IMG/VR virus record: IMGVR_UViG_3300000839_000001
Reading direction: 5' to 3' (one strand)
Source: a virus
Length of the DNA: 48,300 bases
Shown: one piece after another, positions 1 to 10,018 of the stretch
How the letters are laid out: each line of letters opens with the position of its first letter
Position numbering within the stretch: position 1 is the first letter of the stretch
Program-made: the position numbers and the translations under genes
Notes under the pieces: model-generated
Database searches by the model: none
The model's input: the letters and a program-made list of their open reading frames with translations, nothing else
Told to the model about the DNA's origin: nothing

Positions 1-84
1 GCCCCGATCCCTGCGGCCCCTGTTGCGGCCCCGATCCCTGCGGCCCCTGTTGCGGCCCCGATCCCTGCGGCCCCTGTTGCGGCC
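1..84 (+). repeat. continuation of the 12/15-nt coding repeat array. Bases 1..28 duplicate 48273..48300.
   Basis: Read directly. Confidence 0.9.
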
Positions 85-873
85 CCAGCCACCTCGCTTG
101 CTATGCAACAAGGCGGTCAGGTAGCTATCAGCGAACGGCGTGCGGCCTTGCTTGCTAGTACCCAACAGATTCAGAATACGCAAGTCGCTACTGTTGCGAG
201 CGATGCGGCTAGTCGGCCCTTCCTCAAAGTCATTTACGGCGGTACGGAAGGTTTCGGCGTTCCCGGCGGTATTCCTATCGAGTTGAACAATTGTATCGTC
301 AACAGTGCTACAATGGAAGTCCTTGCAAGACCGGGACAAGCCCTGAGAGCGCAAGTGGTTTATATGTGGGGTGAATACAAACAAAACTGGGCTTCCAATA
401 CTCGGAAGGCTGGAGAGAATACCAGAGCGGTTTCTCTCTGCTCTGATAGCGAGATTGCTAGGAAAGCCGCATTGATCGGTGACTTGCGAAACGAAATGCT
501 GCCTAACGGCGAGATAGTTACGCATCAATACGAACGTATGTTTTTGCTCTCTATCTTTGACGAATCCGGCAAACAACACTTGGTACAAGCCCATGTCTCC
601 AAAGGTCGAATGGGTTGGTACACAAAGACACTTGCGCCTATGATTGCTAGTGCGTGCCGACAAGGTTGCATGAATCAAATGGTCTTTACTATCGGCCTTT
701 GCACTGCCGAGTCGCCACAGAAAACTTGGACTACTTGGGACGTTACAGCAATCGATATGCTGCCTATCGACAATGTTTCCGATGACATTCTCGAAGCGGC
801 AGACAATGCTCATAAAGACTGGCTTGCCGCTTGTGAAGCCGAACGTCAAAACGGCGTGACCTACCGAGAATAG
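1..873 (+). CDS. 3' part of the wrap-around gene. Hypothetical protein with a Pro/Ala repeat linker and a ~255-aa C-terminal domain of unknown function
   Basis: Frame 1 is open from base 1 (APIPAAPVAAPIPAAPVAA...) through the listed ORF 103..873. The Met at 103 is internal. Confidence 0.75.
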   Translation, partial: APIPAAPVAAPIPAAPVAAPIPAAPVAAPATSLAMQQGGQVAISERRAALLASTQQIQNTQVATVASDAASRPFLKVIYGGTEGFGVPGGIPIELNNCIVNSATMEVLARPGQALRAQVVYMWGEYKQNWASNTRKAGENTRAVSLCSDSEIARKAALIGDLRNEMLPNGEIVTHQYERMFLLSIFDESGKQHLVQAHVSKGRMGWYTKTLAPMIASACRQGCMNQMVFTIGLCTAESPQKTWTTWDVTAIDMLPIDNVSDDILEAADNAHKDWLAACEAERQNGVTYRE

Positions 874-975
874 CAATCGAGCAGTAGCGATACCTTTGCC
901 ACAACATAGTAAAGGAGATTGCTATACAGAGTCGCCAGTCGGGTGTCCATTCCTTCTCGCTGGCGGCTCTACCTA

Positions 976-1035
976 ATTAGATGAAAAACTAGGTACTCCG
1001 AGTTTCCTCCCAGTATCAGCAGGCGGAAGCCTGTT
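976..1035 (+). promoter_or_regulatory. conserved hairpin element, copy A (loop TAGGTACTCCGA on the + strand)
   Basis: attagatgaaaaactaggtactccgagtttcctcccagtatcagc plus a 7-bp hairpin agcaggc-GGAA-gcctgtt. About 45 of 50 nt match the reverse complement of copy B. Confidence 0.6.
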
Positions 1036-1072
1036 CACAACCACCATATCTAGCCAGCAACGGAGCCTCTAT

Positions 1073-1582
1073 ATGTTACAGTCACTATTACAAAAGAAAC
1101 ACGAATACGAACAGCGCCTACAAACCGCCGCATCATGGTTTGATATGGCCGATATTCTTTTAGAGTTGCGAGACTTCCGCGACGAACTCAAGAAAGTACA
1201 TACGGAAATTGACCGTATGTTCAATAACCGATGCCGACAAATTGGGGACGCTATACAGCAAGATATGCTGGAATCGATCCAACAAGGCAAAGAAGTCCTT
1301 GCTTCCCACAAGGCCCGCACATGTAGCTATTCCCACAAAGAGGACATTAGCTACAAGATAGCCGACAATGACAAGTTTGCCGCTTGTTGGGGCATACACC
1401 CCTCTTTAATCTCTACCCGCTTGTTTACTCCCCACTACGTCAACATGGTGGCGGCTCTGGAAAGTACACCAGCGTTAGGGAGTGCGTTGCAAGGTACTAT
1501 CGATATAGAGCGTAAAAACTCTATAACACTTCGACGCAATCCAGCACCCAAACAAGAGGATCACGACGACATACCTTTTTAG
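1073..1582 (+). CDS. hypothetical early protein
   Basis: 169-aa ORF co-oriented with its neighbours, preceded by the conserved hairpin element and the AACCACCATATCTA motif. Confidence 0.7.
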   Translation: MLQSLLQKKHEYEQRLQTAASWFDMADILLELRDFRDELKKVHTEIDRMFNNRCRQIGDAIQQDMLESIQQGKEVLASHKARTCSYSHKEDISYKIADNDKFAACWGIHPSLISTRLFTPHYVNMVAALESTPALGSALQGTIDIERKNSITLRRNPAPKQEDHDDIPF

Positions 1583-1655
1583 TATTTGCTTCACCATATC
1601 ATCACCATAGAGTGTTTAGACTACCTAAACACTCCCCACATAAAGGAACCGGAAC

Positions 1656-2159
1656 ATGAGTATTGCAATGGAAGTTATACCTTTTAGCGAGTACATAGCG
1701 AAGAACCACCAGCGATTGGTATCGACGTTATCGAACAAGATTTTTGACCGCTACTTAGCAGAGGAATTAATACAGAATCTCTGGCTCAAGTCGGCACGCT
1801 TGGATGTTCTCTACAATGGAACATCTAGTCAATTCACATTCTGTATCACCTGCGCCCTACGAAGGGCGATTGACGTTAAACGGAACGACAAGACACGTCG
1901 AGCTATCCTAGAGGAAAAGAAACTCTATAGCGATATTTACTTCGATGTATATGATACAACCGCAGAGATTATCGAGAGAGCAGGACTTACCGAAGAAGAA
2001 CATGTTCTCTTGTCTCTGTATCTCAAGGACGGCATGAGTAGTGAGGATATTGCTAGGCACTTACACCCCGAACCACGGTCTACGGTTTACCGTAGGCTTG
2101 ACAGGATGCGCATGAAGATCAAGACGACTATCGAGCGAGAAAGTAGAGGTGACGAATGA
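1656..2159 (+). CDS. ECF-like sigma-70 family RNA polymerase sigma factor
   Basis: Region-2-like AEELIQNLWLKSAR...ALRRAIDVKRNDKTRR. Region-4 HTH-like LTEEEHVLLSLYLKDGMSSEDIARHLHPEPRSTVYRRLDRMRMKIK. RBS aaaggaac. Confidence 0.7.
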   Translation: MSIAMEVIPFSEYIAKNHQRLVSTLSNKIFDRYLAEELIQNLWLKSARLDVLYNGTSSQFTFCITCALRRAIDVKRNDKTRRAILEEKKLYSDIYFDVYDTTAEIIERAGLTEEEHVLLSLYLKDGMSSEDIARHLHPEPRSTVYRRLDRMRMKIKTTIERESRGDE

Positions 2160-2884
2160 CACCTCTGTTCCTTAATGTAACTAAAGAGGAAAGGGCTACA
2201 ATCGATAGGGTTCTCCTTCGATGCAAAGCCCTCACCCAATACTGCGAAACCCGTGCAACCTACCTGCTGGCGATTCTTAACAATCAGTCGATGCAGGCTA
2301 TGATACATACGCAAATAGGTATGTACGGTATCACTGCGTCACAAGACCCTACGATGATCCTCACTACGGGACAAAAGATATTCAGGATACATAATCCGAA
2401 TATACTTGTCAAGTCTTCTATAGAGACAATGGGTACTGAACTCATTGAGTTGGTAGAAATGCCGAAGCAAAAGAAGGAAGCTAGGTGGGAACTTTCTTTT
2501 GAAGAATTTAAGCCAGAGGTATACGAACAGCACTGTATGGACTTGATGACGTTCAAACAGTGTAAAGAGCAGAAAACCCTACCAGACGGAACAATACAAT
2601 ATACCGATGTTCCGTTTGCTTGGTATCCCTGCCAGTTACACGCTTCCGCTTCTCCCAGTGCTGTATATGTCACGCCGACTATGCAGGACGGTACAATCAT
2701 GTTGACGGACGCAGTACCTAATAGGCAGGGTGTGTACTTTGAACGTGCAAGAATCGCCATCGATAAAGTTTCGCATGTAGGTTTCTTGTATCCAGAGTTT
2801 GCCCCTTTCCTCAAGATCATGGTGCTGTACGGACAAGTGGGGAGATTCCAGACCTATCAATATATCGCCTCTTGGCTTGGATAG
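2156..2884 (+). CDS. hypothetical protein
   Basis: 242-aa ORF whose ATGA start overlaps the sigma gene stop. Confidence 0.7.
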   Translation: MTPLFLNVTKEERATIDRVLLRCKALTQYCETRATYLLAILNNQSMQAMIHTQIGMYGITASQDPTMILTTGQKIFRIHNPNILVKSSIETMGTELIELVEMPKQKKEARWELSFEEFKPEVYEQHCMDLMTFKQCKEQKTLPDGTIQYTDVPFAWYPCQLHASASPSAVYVTPTMQDGTIMLTDAVPNRQGVYFERARIAIDKVSHVGFLYPEFAPFLKIMVLYGQVGRFQTYQYIASWLG

Positions 2885-2895
2885 AGAGGTGATGA

Positions 2896-4581
2896 ATGTT
2901 CGGTCAATCAATCACAAACTCTCTGGCGGGTCTCGGCCCATTAGATAACAACGCTATGCAGAACACTACGGACGCAACTGTAGTGAAGAAAACAGAGCAG
3001 ACCTTTTTCCATACAGGCACTTATCTTACAAAGGATAAGTTAGTATGTCCTACACCGGGACTAGGTAAAGGTGGTTTATTATTGGTAGCAAAAGGGGATG
3101 CAGATATAGTAGCTGGAGAGGTTGTAAAATTCTTTGAGAATCGTCTAAAAGCTACGGGAAACCTCTTTTGGTTGTACTCAAGTGGAATATATGAAGCAGT
3201 TAAAAGCGAGCAACTTTGTTCTAGTTTGAAAGACTTTGTAGCTAGGAATGTTCTGTTAGATCAGTGTATCTTACGGAACGGAATGTTGGCAGAAAAACCT
3301 GATAACAGAAATCCTACTTCGCTAGTCAATAAAGACTTTATGCAGCAAATGCTACATGCTTCGCTCATTACAGAACAACAAGAGCGTAATAGATGGATTA
3401 GTGACGAGCCGAAACCTATAGAGTATCAACATGTGTTACCATGTCCCGACGGTCTGTACAATTACATGACGGGGGTATTATATCAAAATGATACAAGGAT
3501 GTTCTATAGGACACAATTGCCTATAACGCCGGACGGACGTGACCCATATCAGGAAGGTTCTCTATACAATAAGTTTATAGAGGAAATCCTGCCTGACCCA
3601 GCGCAAAGAGACTTGTTGCATGAATACATAGGAATCCTTATCGCTGGCGATACTCACTGGCAAAAGTTCCTTATGAAATACGGTGTAGCACAAGCGGGCA
3701 AGGGAGTGATCGACCACTTAATCACCTATCTGGTAGGAGAGAAAAACATAGCGTCAAAAGATGCTAACGACTTCAAAGGAGACTATGCTTTTGAAGGACT
3801 AGAGCGGGCTAGTGTGTGTTTTATGCACGAATTTACCGCGACTGCCGGAAATTTCCGGGGGTTTGTAGATAAGATAAAGAAGGTAGTAGGGGAAGACCCT
3901 GTAAGCGTCAATGCTAAATATATGCCTATTGTACAGATGAAGCTACCATGTAGGTTTGTAGTATCGACCAATAACATGCCTTTTTCAACGGAAATGTCCG
4001 ATGCCTTGAACAGGCGTATGTTGCCATTGCTTTTCACGGTAGAGATACCAGAGGAAAGACGGGATACATCACTGAAAGCAAGACTTACCGGCCCTAATGA
4101 GATTCAGGTATTGCTTTCACATTGTATACAAGGGCTTAAAAGGTTAAATGCAAATGGTAAATTCACCGAACCGCTTTCGACTACCGAGCTGCGTATCAAT
4201 ATCGATACGCAGCTAAACAATATAAAGGCCTTTGCTAGAGACTGCTTGCGACAAGGACAGGCTCAATTTGCTATACCTTGTGCGGTAGTGCATGATGCGT
4301 ATGTCGAGTATTGCCTTGACCAAGACAAAGGACAGATTAAGATAGCTAACTTGTTTGGTAAGGACTTGCGGGACGTATTCCCTAACTTGGTGGCGACTCA
4401 AAGAAGGGTAGGCGGGAAGAATATAAAGGTCTATGAGACTTTATCATTCGTTCCTTTGTATGTAGACTTGCAAAAGCTACTGAACGAGTTTTTCAAAAAG
4501 AAGTTTGGGCGACTTTTAGAACCGGCAGAAATTCAGAAACTTATGGGACTTACTAATACAGAATATGTAGAGGTGGACTAA
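2896..4581 (+). CDS. SF3 (D5 / P4-primase C-terminal family) replicative helicase-NTPase
   Basis: Walker A-like YGVAQAGKGV, Walker B-like VCFMHEF, motif C VVSTNN. RBS gagaggtga. Lies immediately upstream of the prim-pol gene. Confidence 0.7.
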   Translation: MFGQSITNSLAGLGPLDNNAMQNTTDATVVKKTEQTFFHTGTYLTKDKLVCPTPGLGKGGLLLVAKGDADIVAGEVVKFFENRLKATGNLFWLYSSGIYEAVKSEQLCSSLKDFVARNVLLDQCILRNGMLAEKPDNRNPTSLVNKDFMQQMLHASLITEQQERNRWISDEPKPIEYQHVLPCPDGLYNYMTGVLYQNDTRMFYRTQLPITPDGRDPYQEGSLYNKFIEEILPDPAQRDLLHEYIGILIAGDTHWQKFLMKYGVAQAGKGVIDHLITYLVGEKNIASKDANDFKGDYAFEGLERASVCFMHEFTATAGNFRGFVDKIKKVVGEDPVSVNAKYMPIVQMKLPCRFVVSTNNMPFSTEMSDALNRRMLPLLFTVEIPEERRDTSLKARLTGPNEIQVLLSHCIQGLKRLNANGKFTEPLSTTELRINIDTQLNNIKAFARDCLRQGQAQFAIPCAVVHDAYVEYCLDQDKGQIKIANLFGKDLRDVFPNLVATQRRVGGKNIKVYETLSFVPLYVDLQKLLNEFFKKKFGRLLEPAEIQKLMGLTNTEYVEVD

Positions 4582-5648
4582 TGACCCCAAAAGACTACAT
4601 AGATAGGGGCTATTACCTTATTCCCATTAAGCCGGGAACAAAGGAACCTCTATATGATCCGCCCCACTTTACCAAAGGAGCGGCGGATGCTACGCAAGAC
4701 TTGAAGCTGCTAGAGAAATATGAACACTTCGGACTGGTTTGTAACAATTGCACAGTCCTTGACTTCGACCTCTATAAAGGCATAGATGCTGGTATGCAAC
4801 AACTGTTGCAACAGTGCCTAGTCACCGATAGAGAGCGGCATAATGTGACAGTACAGAAAACCCCTAGCGGGGGATTACATATTATATATGCTAAGAATGA
4901 AGGGCTTAGGTTGAACATACCTAACCTTGATATACGCAATAGCAATCAGTATATATGCGTCGATCCGACTCCCGGATATGCTTGGTTCACCCATTGTAGG
5001 GATGGTATTGTCAATCAGAACTTTCCACCAGTCAATATGCTTACTACGTTTATGAGCAATGCTCTAGTAAACAATGAAGTACGTAGGACTGGTTATGATG
5101 TTCCCACAATCAAACCTACTCCCTCACAATGGGAAGGTATAATGCGATGGTTGCAAGGACAAAAGCCCGCTATAAGTGGGAATGGCGGACATAACCAAAC
5201 TTATAGAGTCGCCAGTGATTTGCGGGTTGGTTTCAATCTCGATACAGAGACGGTACACTGGCTACTATTGAACGTATATAATGAGAAGTGCCAGCCCATG
5301 TGGACGGAGAACGAGCTATGGCACAAGGCGAATAGCATTGTCGTATGGACAAAGCCGGGCTATCTGTTGGCTACTCTCGAAGCAAGACAAGAGATACAAT
5401 TACCCTATCGCATAGAGCGGGCGGGAAAGTATCTTTATGAATGTACCGATCCGAAGCATCTTCGGCGAGTGATAACTAAAATGCGGATAGGCTTCGACCT
5501 TCCCGCCGTGGCGGTTCTTAAACTGCTAGAAGTGTATAAACCAAACCTTCTACTTACTACTGAGTTGAAGGACTATGTATACAATCCAGATAACTTACAT
5601 AACCTTCCCGTAGGCTATATGCTTAGGGAGAAAGAAAGGCAACAATAA
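4581..5648 (+). CDS. archaeo-eukaryotic-type primase-polymerase (prim-pol)
   Basis: N-terminal YLIPIKPGTKEP. AEP motif I VLDFDLY (DxD), motif II PSGGLHIIY, motif III NLDIRNSNQYICVDP. ATGA overlap with the helicase gene. Confidence 0.7.
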   Translation: MTPKDYIDRGYYLIPIKPGTKEPLYDPPHFTKGAADATQDLKLLEKYEHFGLVCNNCTVLDFDLYKGIDAGMQQLLQQCLVTDRERHNVTVQKTPSGGLHIIYAKNEGLRLNIPNLDIRNSNQYICVDPTPGYAWFTHCRDGIVNQNFPPVNMLTTFMSNALVNNEVRRTGYDVPTIKPTPSQWEGIMRWLQGQKPAISGNGGHNQTYRVASDLRVGFNLDTETVHWLLLNVYNEKCQPMWTENELWHKANSIVVWTKPGYLLATLEARQEIQLPYRIERAGKYLYECTDPKHLRRVITKMRIGFDLPAVAVLKLLEVYKPNLLLTTELKDYVYNPDNLHNLPVGYMLREKERQQ

Positions 5649-5649
5649 C

Positions 5650-6882
5650 ATGACAAACGAAAGCGAAAAATCTGCATTGAAAACTGTGTATAGAGACAAG
5701 TACAAAGATGACGTTGAAAAAGTGACGTTCGCTATGCTTGCTCTGGATGAAAACATTTCAATCGAGCGAATTGATACGGTTCTCAACACTTGGGAGACTC
5801 TCTATGAAAACAAAGTAACGTGGACTCTAGGCTTTATGTCTGGAGTACAAGCAACCAAGTTGACAGACAAAGAGGTTGCTGCACACCGTTGTGATACAAT
5901 ACAGAACCTAGGCAGATATATCTGGTGGATACTTTCTAAAGATCAAGAGAAAACAACTGCCGATACTGCCGAGCTTTTGAACAACAGTTGTATCTTGTTG
6001 TTTACGTACAACTTGATGGGCTATGAGTTTGCGACGGTAGTTACGAAAGTTGTAGAATACGTCAATAATCCGTCAATCCTCATATACAAGGCTCTGTTTA
6101 AGGAATCGCCAGCAGAGGAACCGCTTCCTTATGATGCTTCACATCCGAAGTGTCAGAAGACTATAGAGGGACAAACTGCTTTTGTGAGTGTAATAGAGGA
6201 GGTTACAGAGATACCGAAGAACCTAACAATCGGCGGAGGTAGACTACAAGAGGTTCCCTTACCTCAAGACAAGTTCAGAGAGTTTCGTATCGCTCTGGAG
6301 CAGCGAAGAGTTTGCATACTTACACCCTTCATTCTGCTACACGATAAACCTGTACAGCATACTTATGAAGAACTGCTCTTGAGTACGTTCCAAATGGCCA
6401 AACGGAAGAACAGCAACTACGGAAACTCGGTAGCCAAGTCACCGTCACTGATTCCTGATATGTATCCGCAGCAAGCAATCCTTGTTCGTATGTCCGACAA
6501 ACTGGCACGTCTGCAATCGCTATATGCAGGTGAGCAAGATAAGGTAGGTGAGTCGCTTCGTGATACATGGGTCGACCTTGGTAACTATCTCTGTCTTTGT
6601 GCGGCGGTAGTGAATCTGCAAAGCCTTATTCCAGAGGAACCGACTGGAGAGCAGTTGATCGATGAACTGGAAGTGGTATACTACAGACTCAAAAGCGAAG
6701 GATATAGGGCTGGGCATAGTCAGAGTAAACCCCATGCTCTGGCTACTGCTCAAGAGGTGATCAATCTGATAAGTAATCAGTCTAACACTCTTGAGGAATC
6801 CTGTATATGTGCAGCAAGGGCTGTATTCTCTTTCCTTACGCTTGACGGAATGAGAAAAACAGAAGATGGCGAAAGAGTATAA
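5650..6882 (+). CDS. hypothetical protein, possibly two all-alpha NTP-pyrophosphohydrolase-like (DUF1599/MazG-like) repeats
   Basis: C-terminal KNSNYGNS...ILVRMSDKLARLQSL...GESLRDTWVDLGNYLCLCA resembles the DUF1599 signature. An N-terminal echo is HRCDTIQNLGRYIWWIL. Confidence 0.35.
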   Translation: MTNESEKSALKTVYRDKYKDDVEKVTFAMLALDENISIERIDTVLNTWETLYENKVTWTLGFMSGVQATKLTDKEVAAHRCDTIQNLGRYIWWILSKDQEKTTADTAELLNNSCILLFTYNLMGYEFATVVTKVVEYVNNPSILIYKALFKESPAEEPLPYDASHPKCQKTIEGQTAFVSVIEEVTEIPKNLTIGGGRLQEVPLPQDKFREFRIALEQRRVCILTPFILLHDKPVQHTYEELLLSTFQMAKRKNSNYGNSVAKSPSLIPDMYPQQAILVRMSDKLARLQSLYAGEQDKVGESLRDTWVDLGNYLCLCAAVVNLQSLIPEEPTGEQLIDELEVVYYRLKSEGYRAGHSQSKPHALATAQEVINLISNQSNTLEESCICAARAVFSFLTLDGMRKTEDGERV

Positions 6883-6893
6883 GGAGTAAACAA

Positions 6894-9191
6894 ATGGCTA
6901 TATATTGGTGGACGCCTTCAGTAGTTTTCCCACAAGGTAGTTTTCTTGCTCTCGATACAGAGACGACCGTTGTTGACTTGACGCGAGAAGTGCCAGCGAT
7001 GGTAGTAGGAGGTATATCTGATGGGCAGAACGTATATCTCTTGAAACCAGAAGACGTGATAAACTTTAGAGCTTACGCGGTAGCGTATAAGTACACATTA
7101 TTTATGCACAACGCCGCATTTGACTTGGCGGTTCTGGAGAAAGTCACGCAAGACGATCTACCCAAAGCTGCTAAAGAGGCAGGAACATCTTGGTATGATC
7201 TAGTAGATAGTAGTCAAGTAGTGGATACAATGCTGTTGTTCCAACTGTTGGAGATTGCTACGAAAGGCAAACATATCCAGAGTAGTTTGAAGTATGTTGT
7301 AGAAACCGTATTCGGTAAACAGGTCGAAAAACTAGCCCTTGATAAAGACGGTGATGTGATCCGAATGTCTTTTAGCAAATGGATAGGGCGTTTGGAGCAG
7401 ATGACCCAAGACTACGTAGACTACGTAGCGGACGATATTCTGTTGACCTATCAAGTAGGTATGCACCTATTGACTACCATTGCCGGTTTTGTGCAAGAGA
7501 GGGGTAGGAAACAAGATACGTTCGGCAATCTCACCATGTCCGAAATAACAGACGCATGGGGCAAATACGGCCCCCTAACGCATCATATTCAGCTAAAAGG
7601 AGCAATAGTCCTACATCAAATTACCTTGAATGGTATGTATGTAAACAGCGCCGCTGTAGAGCGCTTTATTGCTGAGGTACACAAAGAGGTTGAACAAATA
7701 GGGGCGAGACTTGCAACAGAATATGGATTTTTCAAAGGCCCCGGTTCCTCTGGAGTTTTGCAAGGTTTCTTTACACAGGTCGATCAAATAATAGTTGCCG
7801 AGCGTAGGAAACAAGGACTGCCTGTTACAGAGGTCTCGCAAGGAGTGTATACATTTCTACCTAGAACCGCCACCGGGAAATTTCAGACTGGGGCAGAAGT
7901 CATAGGTGAATATGAACTGCATAGCTACTCTGACTTTTTCGAGTTATACCTCAAGCACCAGACTTTAGAGAAGGAGTTAAATAGCTTTCTCAAGAAGTTA
8001 TACGGCGGCTATGGTATGTTCGGCAAACAGGACATAACGGTGCATCCATCGTTTACACCGATACTTAGCACCGGGCGAGTAAGTAGCTGGGGTGAGATCA
8101 ATTCTCAGAACATACCGAAGGTTAAAGGGATGCGAGAGTGTTTCGTAGCTAGAGAGGGTCACTGCTTTATCAATGTTGACTACTCCGGCATCGAAATGGT
8201 CACTCTGTGTGATGCGGTACGTAACCAGTTCCATGTAGATAGTCATGTCATGCAGGAAGCCATCAATAGTGGTAGAGACCTGCATAAAGAGACTGCGGCG
8301 TTCCTTGTAGGACATGATGACGTTACCAAAGAAGAACGGCAGAAAGCAAAGGCTGCAAACTTCGGACTCCCCGGCGGGATGGGAGGCAGGAGGCTCGCTA
8401 CCTACATGAGAGGGTATGGTGTTCGGATTACCGAGGAAGAGGGGCAAGCTATTGCGGATGGATGGAAGACTAAGTATCCAGAGATGCGGTACTTCATCAA
8501 TGAACTAGAGCCGCCAGCACAGGCTATTTTAGCACAGGCGGTATATAGTGAGACTGGTTGGTGTGCTTACAATGAAGCCCCTACAACCGAAGAAGGCTGG
8601 CGAATCTGTGGTTACATGACTGTAAAGCTGTGTACAGAACAAACCCCAGTTTCTAGTAGTGGCAACCCCTACGATATAAACATGGTGATGGGCGGTAGGA
8701 CATGTGTACAGAGCTGGGCTATAAAGAACGGTATAGCTGATTTACTGCCTGCAGGGTTTCCTCGATATCCAATCAGTAAGTCGAATATGGAGACTTTACT
8801 AGGTAGGCTGGGTTGGAAGTATACAGCAACAGCAACCGGCAGATATAGACGCACCAGTCGATTCACTGAAAAGCGGAATACTATCTTTCAAGGACTGGCT
8901 GCGGACGGGATGAAGCTCGCTAGTTACCTGATATATAGAGCAGGTTACAAGATAGTGAACATCGTTCATGACGAAATTCTGGTAGAAGTGCCAGACAACC
9001 GAGAGAGCTATACCGAAGCCTATAATGAGATATGTAACTTCATGCGGCAAGGTATGCACGAAGTAGTGCGAAATACTAGGGTAGAGGTAGAAGGCGCTAT
9101 TACTCGCTGTTGGAGTAAAGATGCCAAGCTACTTATGGATGATGACTATAACTATTTGATATGGGAGTATAACAATGCGACAGTTAGTTAG
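6894..9191 (+). CDS. family A DNA polymerase with 3'-5' exonuclease domain
   Basis: Exo I LALDTETT, Exo II HNAAFDLAVL, Exo III YVADDILLTY. Pol motif A DYSGIEMVTL, motif B RQKAKAANFGLPGGMG, motif C IVHDEILVEV. RBS aaggag. Confidence 0.9.
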   Translation: MAIYWWTPSVVFPQGSFLALDTETTVVDLTREVPAMVVGGISDGQNVYLLKPEDVINFRAYAVAYKYTLFMHNAAFDLAVLEKVTQDDLPKAAKEAGTSWYDLVDSSQVVDTMLLFQLLEIATKGKHIQSSLKYVVETVFGKQVEKLALDKDGDVIRMSFSKWIGRLEQMTQDYVDYVADDILLTYQVGMHLLTTIAGFVQERGRKQDTFGNLTMSEITDAWGKYGPLTHHIQLKGAIVLHQITLNGMYVNSAAVERFIAEVHKEVEQIGARLATEYGFFKGPGSSGVLQGFFTQVDQIIVAERRKQGLPVTEVSQGVYTFLPRTATGKFQTGAEVIGEYELHSYSDFFELYLKHQTLEKELNSFLKKLYGGYGMFGKQDITVHPSFTPILSTGRVSSWGEINSQNIPKVKGMRECFVAREGHCFINVDYSGIEMVTLCDAVRNQFHVDSHVMQEAINSGRDLHKETAAFLVGHDDVTKEERQKAKAANFGLPGGMGGRRLATYMRGYGVRITEEEGQAIADGWKTKYPEMRYFINELEPPAQAILAQAVYSETGWCAYNEAPTTEEGWRICGYMTVKLCTEQTPVSSSGNPYDINMVMGGRTCVQSWAIKNGIADLLPAGFPRYPISKSNMETLLGRLGWKYTATATGRYRRTSRFTEKRNTIFQGLAADGMKLASYLIYRAGYKIVNIVHDEILVEVPDNRESYTEAYNEICNFMRQGMHEVVRNTRVEVEGAITRCWSKDAKLLMDDDYNYLIWEYNNATVS

Positions 9192-9453
9192 AAGTCCGAA
9201 ACGTACTTGCAAAGACTGCATCCACTATAAAGAGTTACCTGTTTCGGTATACCATGAAGGTAAGGCTCGATACCTCTCTGACATAAACTATGGAGAGCAG
9301 GTCAAGCTGCCTACCTGCATAGCAAAGTGGAAAGACGGGAATCTGTATGAGATGGCTAGGTTACTTACACCAATGGCCATAGAGATACAGTGCAAGGAGC
9401 CGTGTTGCGAAGACTTCAACGACCAAAGGGAAGTGAGCGATACTGAGTTATGA
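9175..9453 (+). CDS. small Cys-rich protein, member 1 of the CxxC family
   Basis: TCKDCIHYKE ... PTCIAKW ... CKEPCCEDF. Start overlaps the polymerase gene end. Confidence 0.6.
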   Translation: MRQLVRSPKRTCKDCIHYKELPVSVYHEGKARYLSDINYGEQVKLPTCIAKWKDGNLYEMARLLTPMAIEIQCKEPCCEDFNDQREVSDTEL

Positions 9454-9617
9454 GTGCTATGAAAGCTGAAACTATAGTGTTTGTACTCATATCCGTGGCG
9501 ACTCTTATACTAATAGGCGGTCTAGTATGGCCTAGGCCAACCTTTTACATCGAGGACGAAGATGCAGAGGAACAGAGAACTCCTAGAGGCTCTGAGGATT
9601 ATAGAGATTCCTAAAGA
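9450..9617 (+). CDS. possible 55-aa single-pass membrane protein (below the ORF-track cutoff)
   Basis: My translation: MSAMKAETIVFVLISVATLILIGGLVWPRPTFYIEDEDAEEQRTPRGSEDYRDS. ATGA overlap with the upstream stop. It overlaps the start of 9562..9825 by 56 nt, so one of the two starts is uncertain. Confidence 0.3.
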
Positions 9618-9825
9618 GTATCCACAGCGAGGTACTATAGCATGTCCTACATGTATGTTCTTCGGCGGACTCGCAGAGGAGTTGTCAGGCAGCCTAGAGT
9701 TACCTATAAATATATGTAACAATCCAGCAGTTGAGACGGATACGGCTAGGTGTGCCTTCGGTTGTCGGCTGTACATAGCTATAAAGGAGTTTCATCCTAG
9801 AAGGAGCAATCATTACTATGACTAA
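9562..9825 (+). CDS. small Cys-rich protein, member 2 of the CxxC family
   Basis: ACPTCMFFGG ... NICNNPAV ... ARCAFGCRLY. Confidence 0.5.
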   Translation: MQRNRELLEALRIIEIPKEYPQRGTIACPTCMFFGGLAEELSGSLELPINICNNPAVETDTARCAFGCRLYIAIKEFHPRRSNHYYD

Positions 9826-10018
9826 ACATCCAACTTGTGAGCAATGTAAATGGTACGAAGGTCTAAAGGTTAGACCCGTAAATGAAATACCGAAAATTGA
9901 GGAACTATGCAACCATCCCGCTGGCGTTTCTACAAGAGGTTACTACAGAGCGTGTAGAGATTACGAACCACTAGAACCGCCAGTCAAGAGTAGATTCGAG
10001 GATGACGATGAATTTTGA
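9818..10018 (+). CDS. small Cys-rich protein, member 3 of the CxxC family
   Basis: TCEQCKWYEG ... LCNHPAG ... RACRDYEP. Start overlaps the upstream stop. Confidence 0.6.
   Translation: MTKHPTCEQCKWYEGLKVRPVNEIPKIEELCNHPAGVSTRGYYRACRDYEPLEPPVKSRFEDDDEF

Noticed and set aside
2284-2820. 178-aa minus-strand ORF
   Set aside because: It is antisense to 2156..2884, within the uniformly plus-strand early arm.
7998-8447. 149-aa minus-strand ORF
   Set aside because: It is antisense within the DNA polymerase gene.
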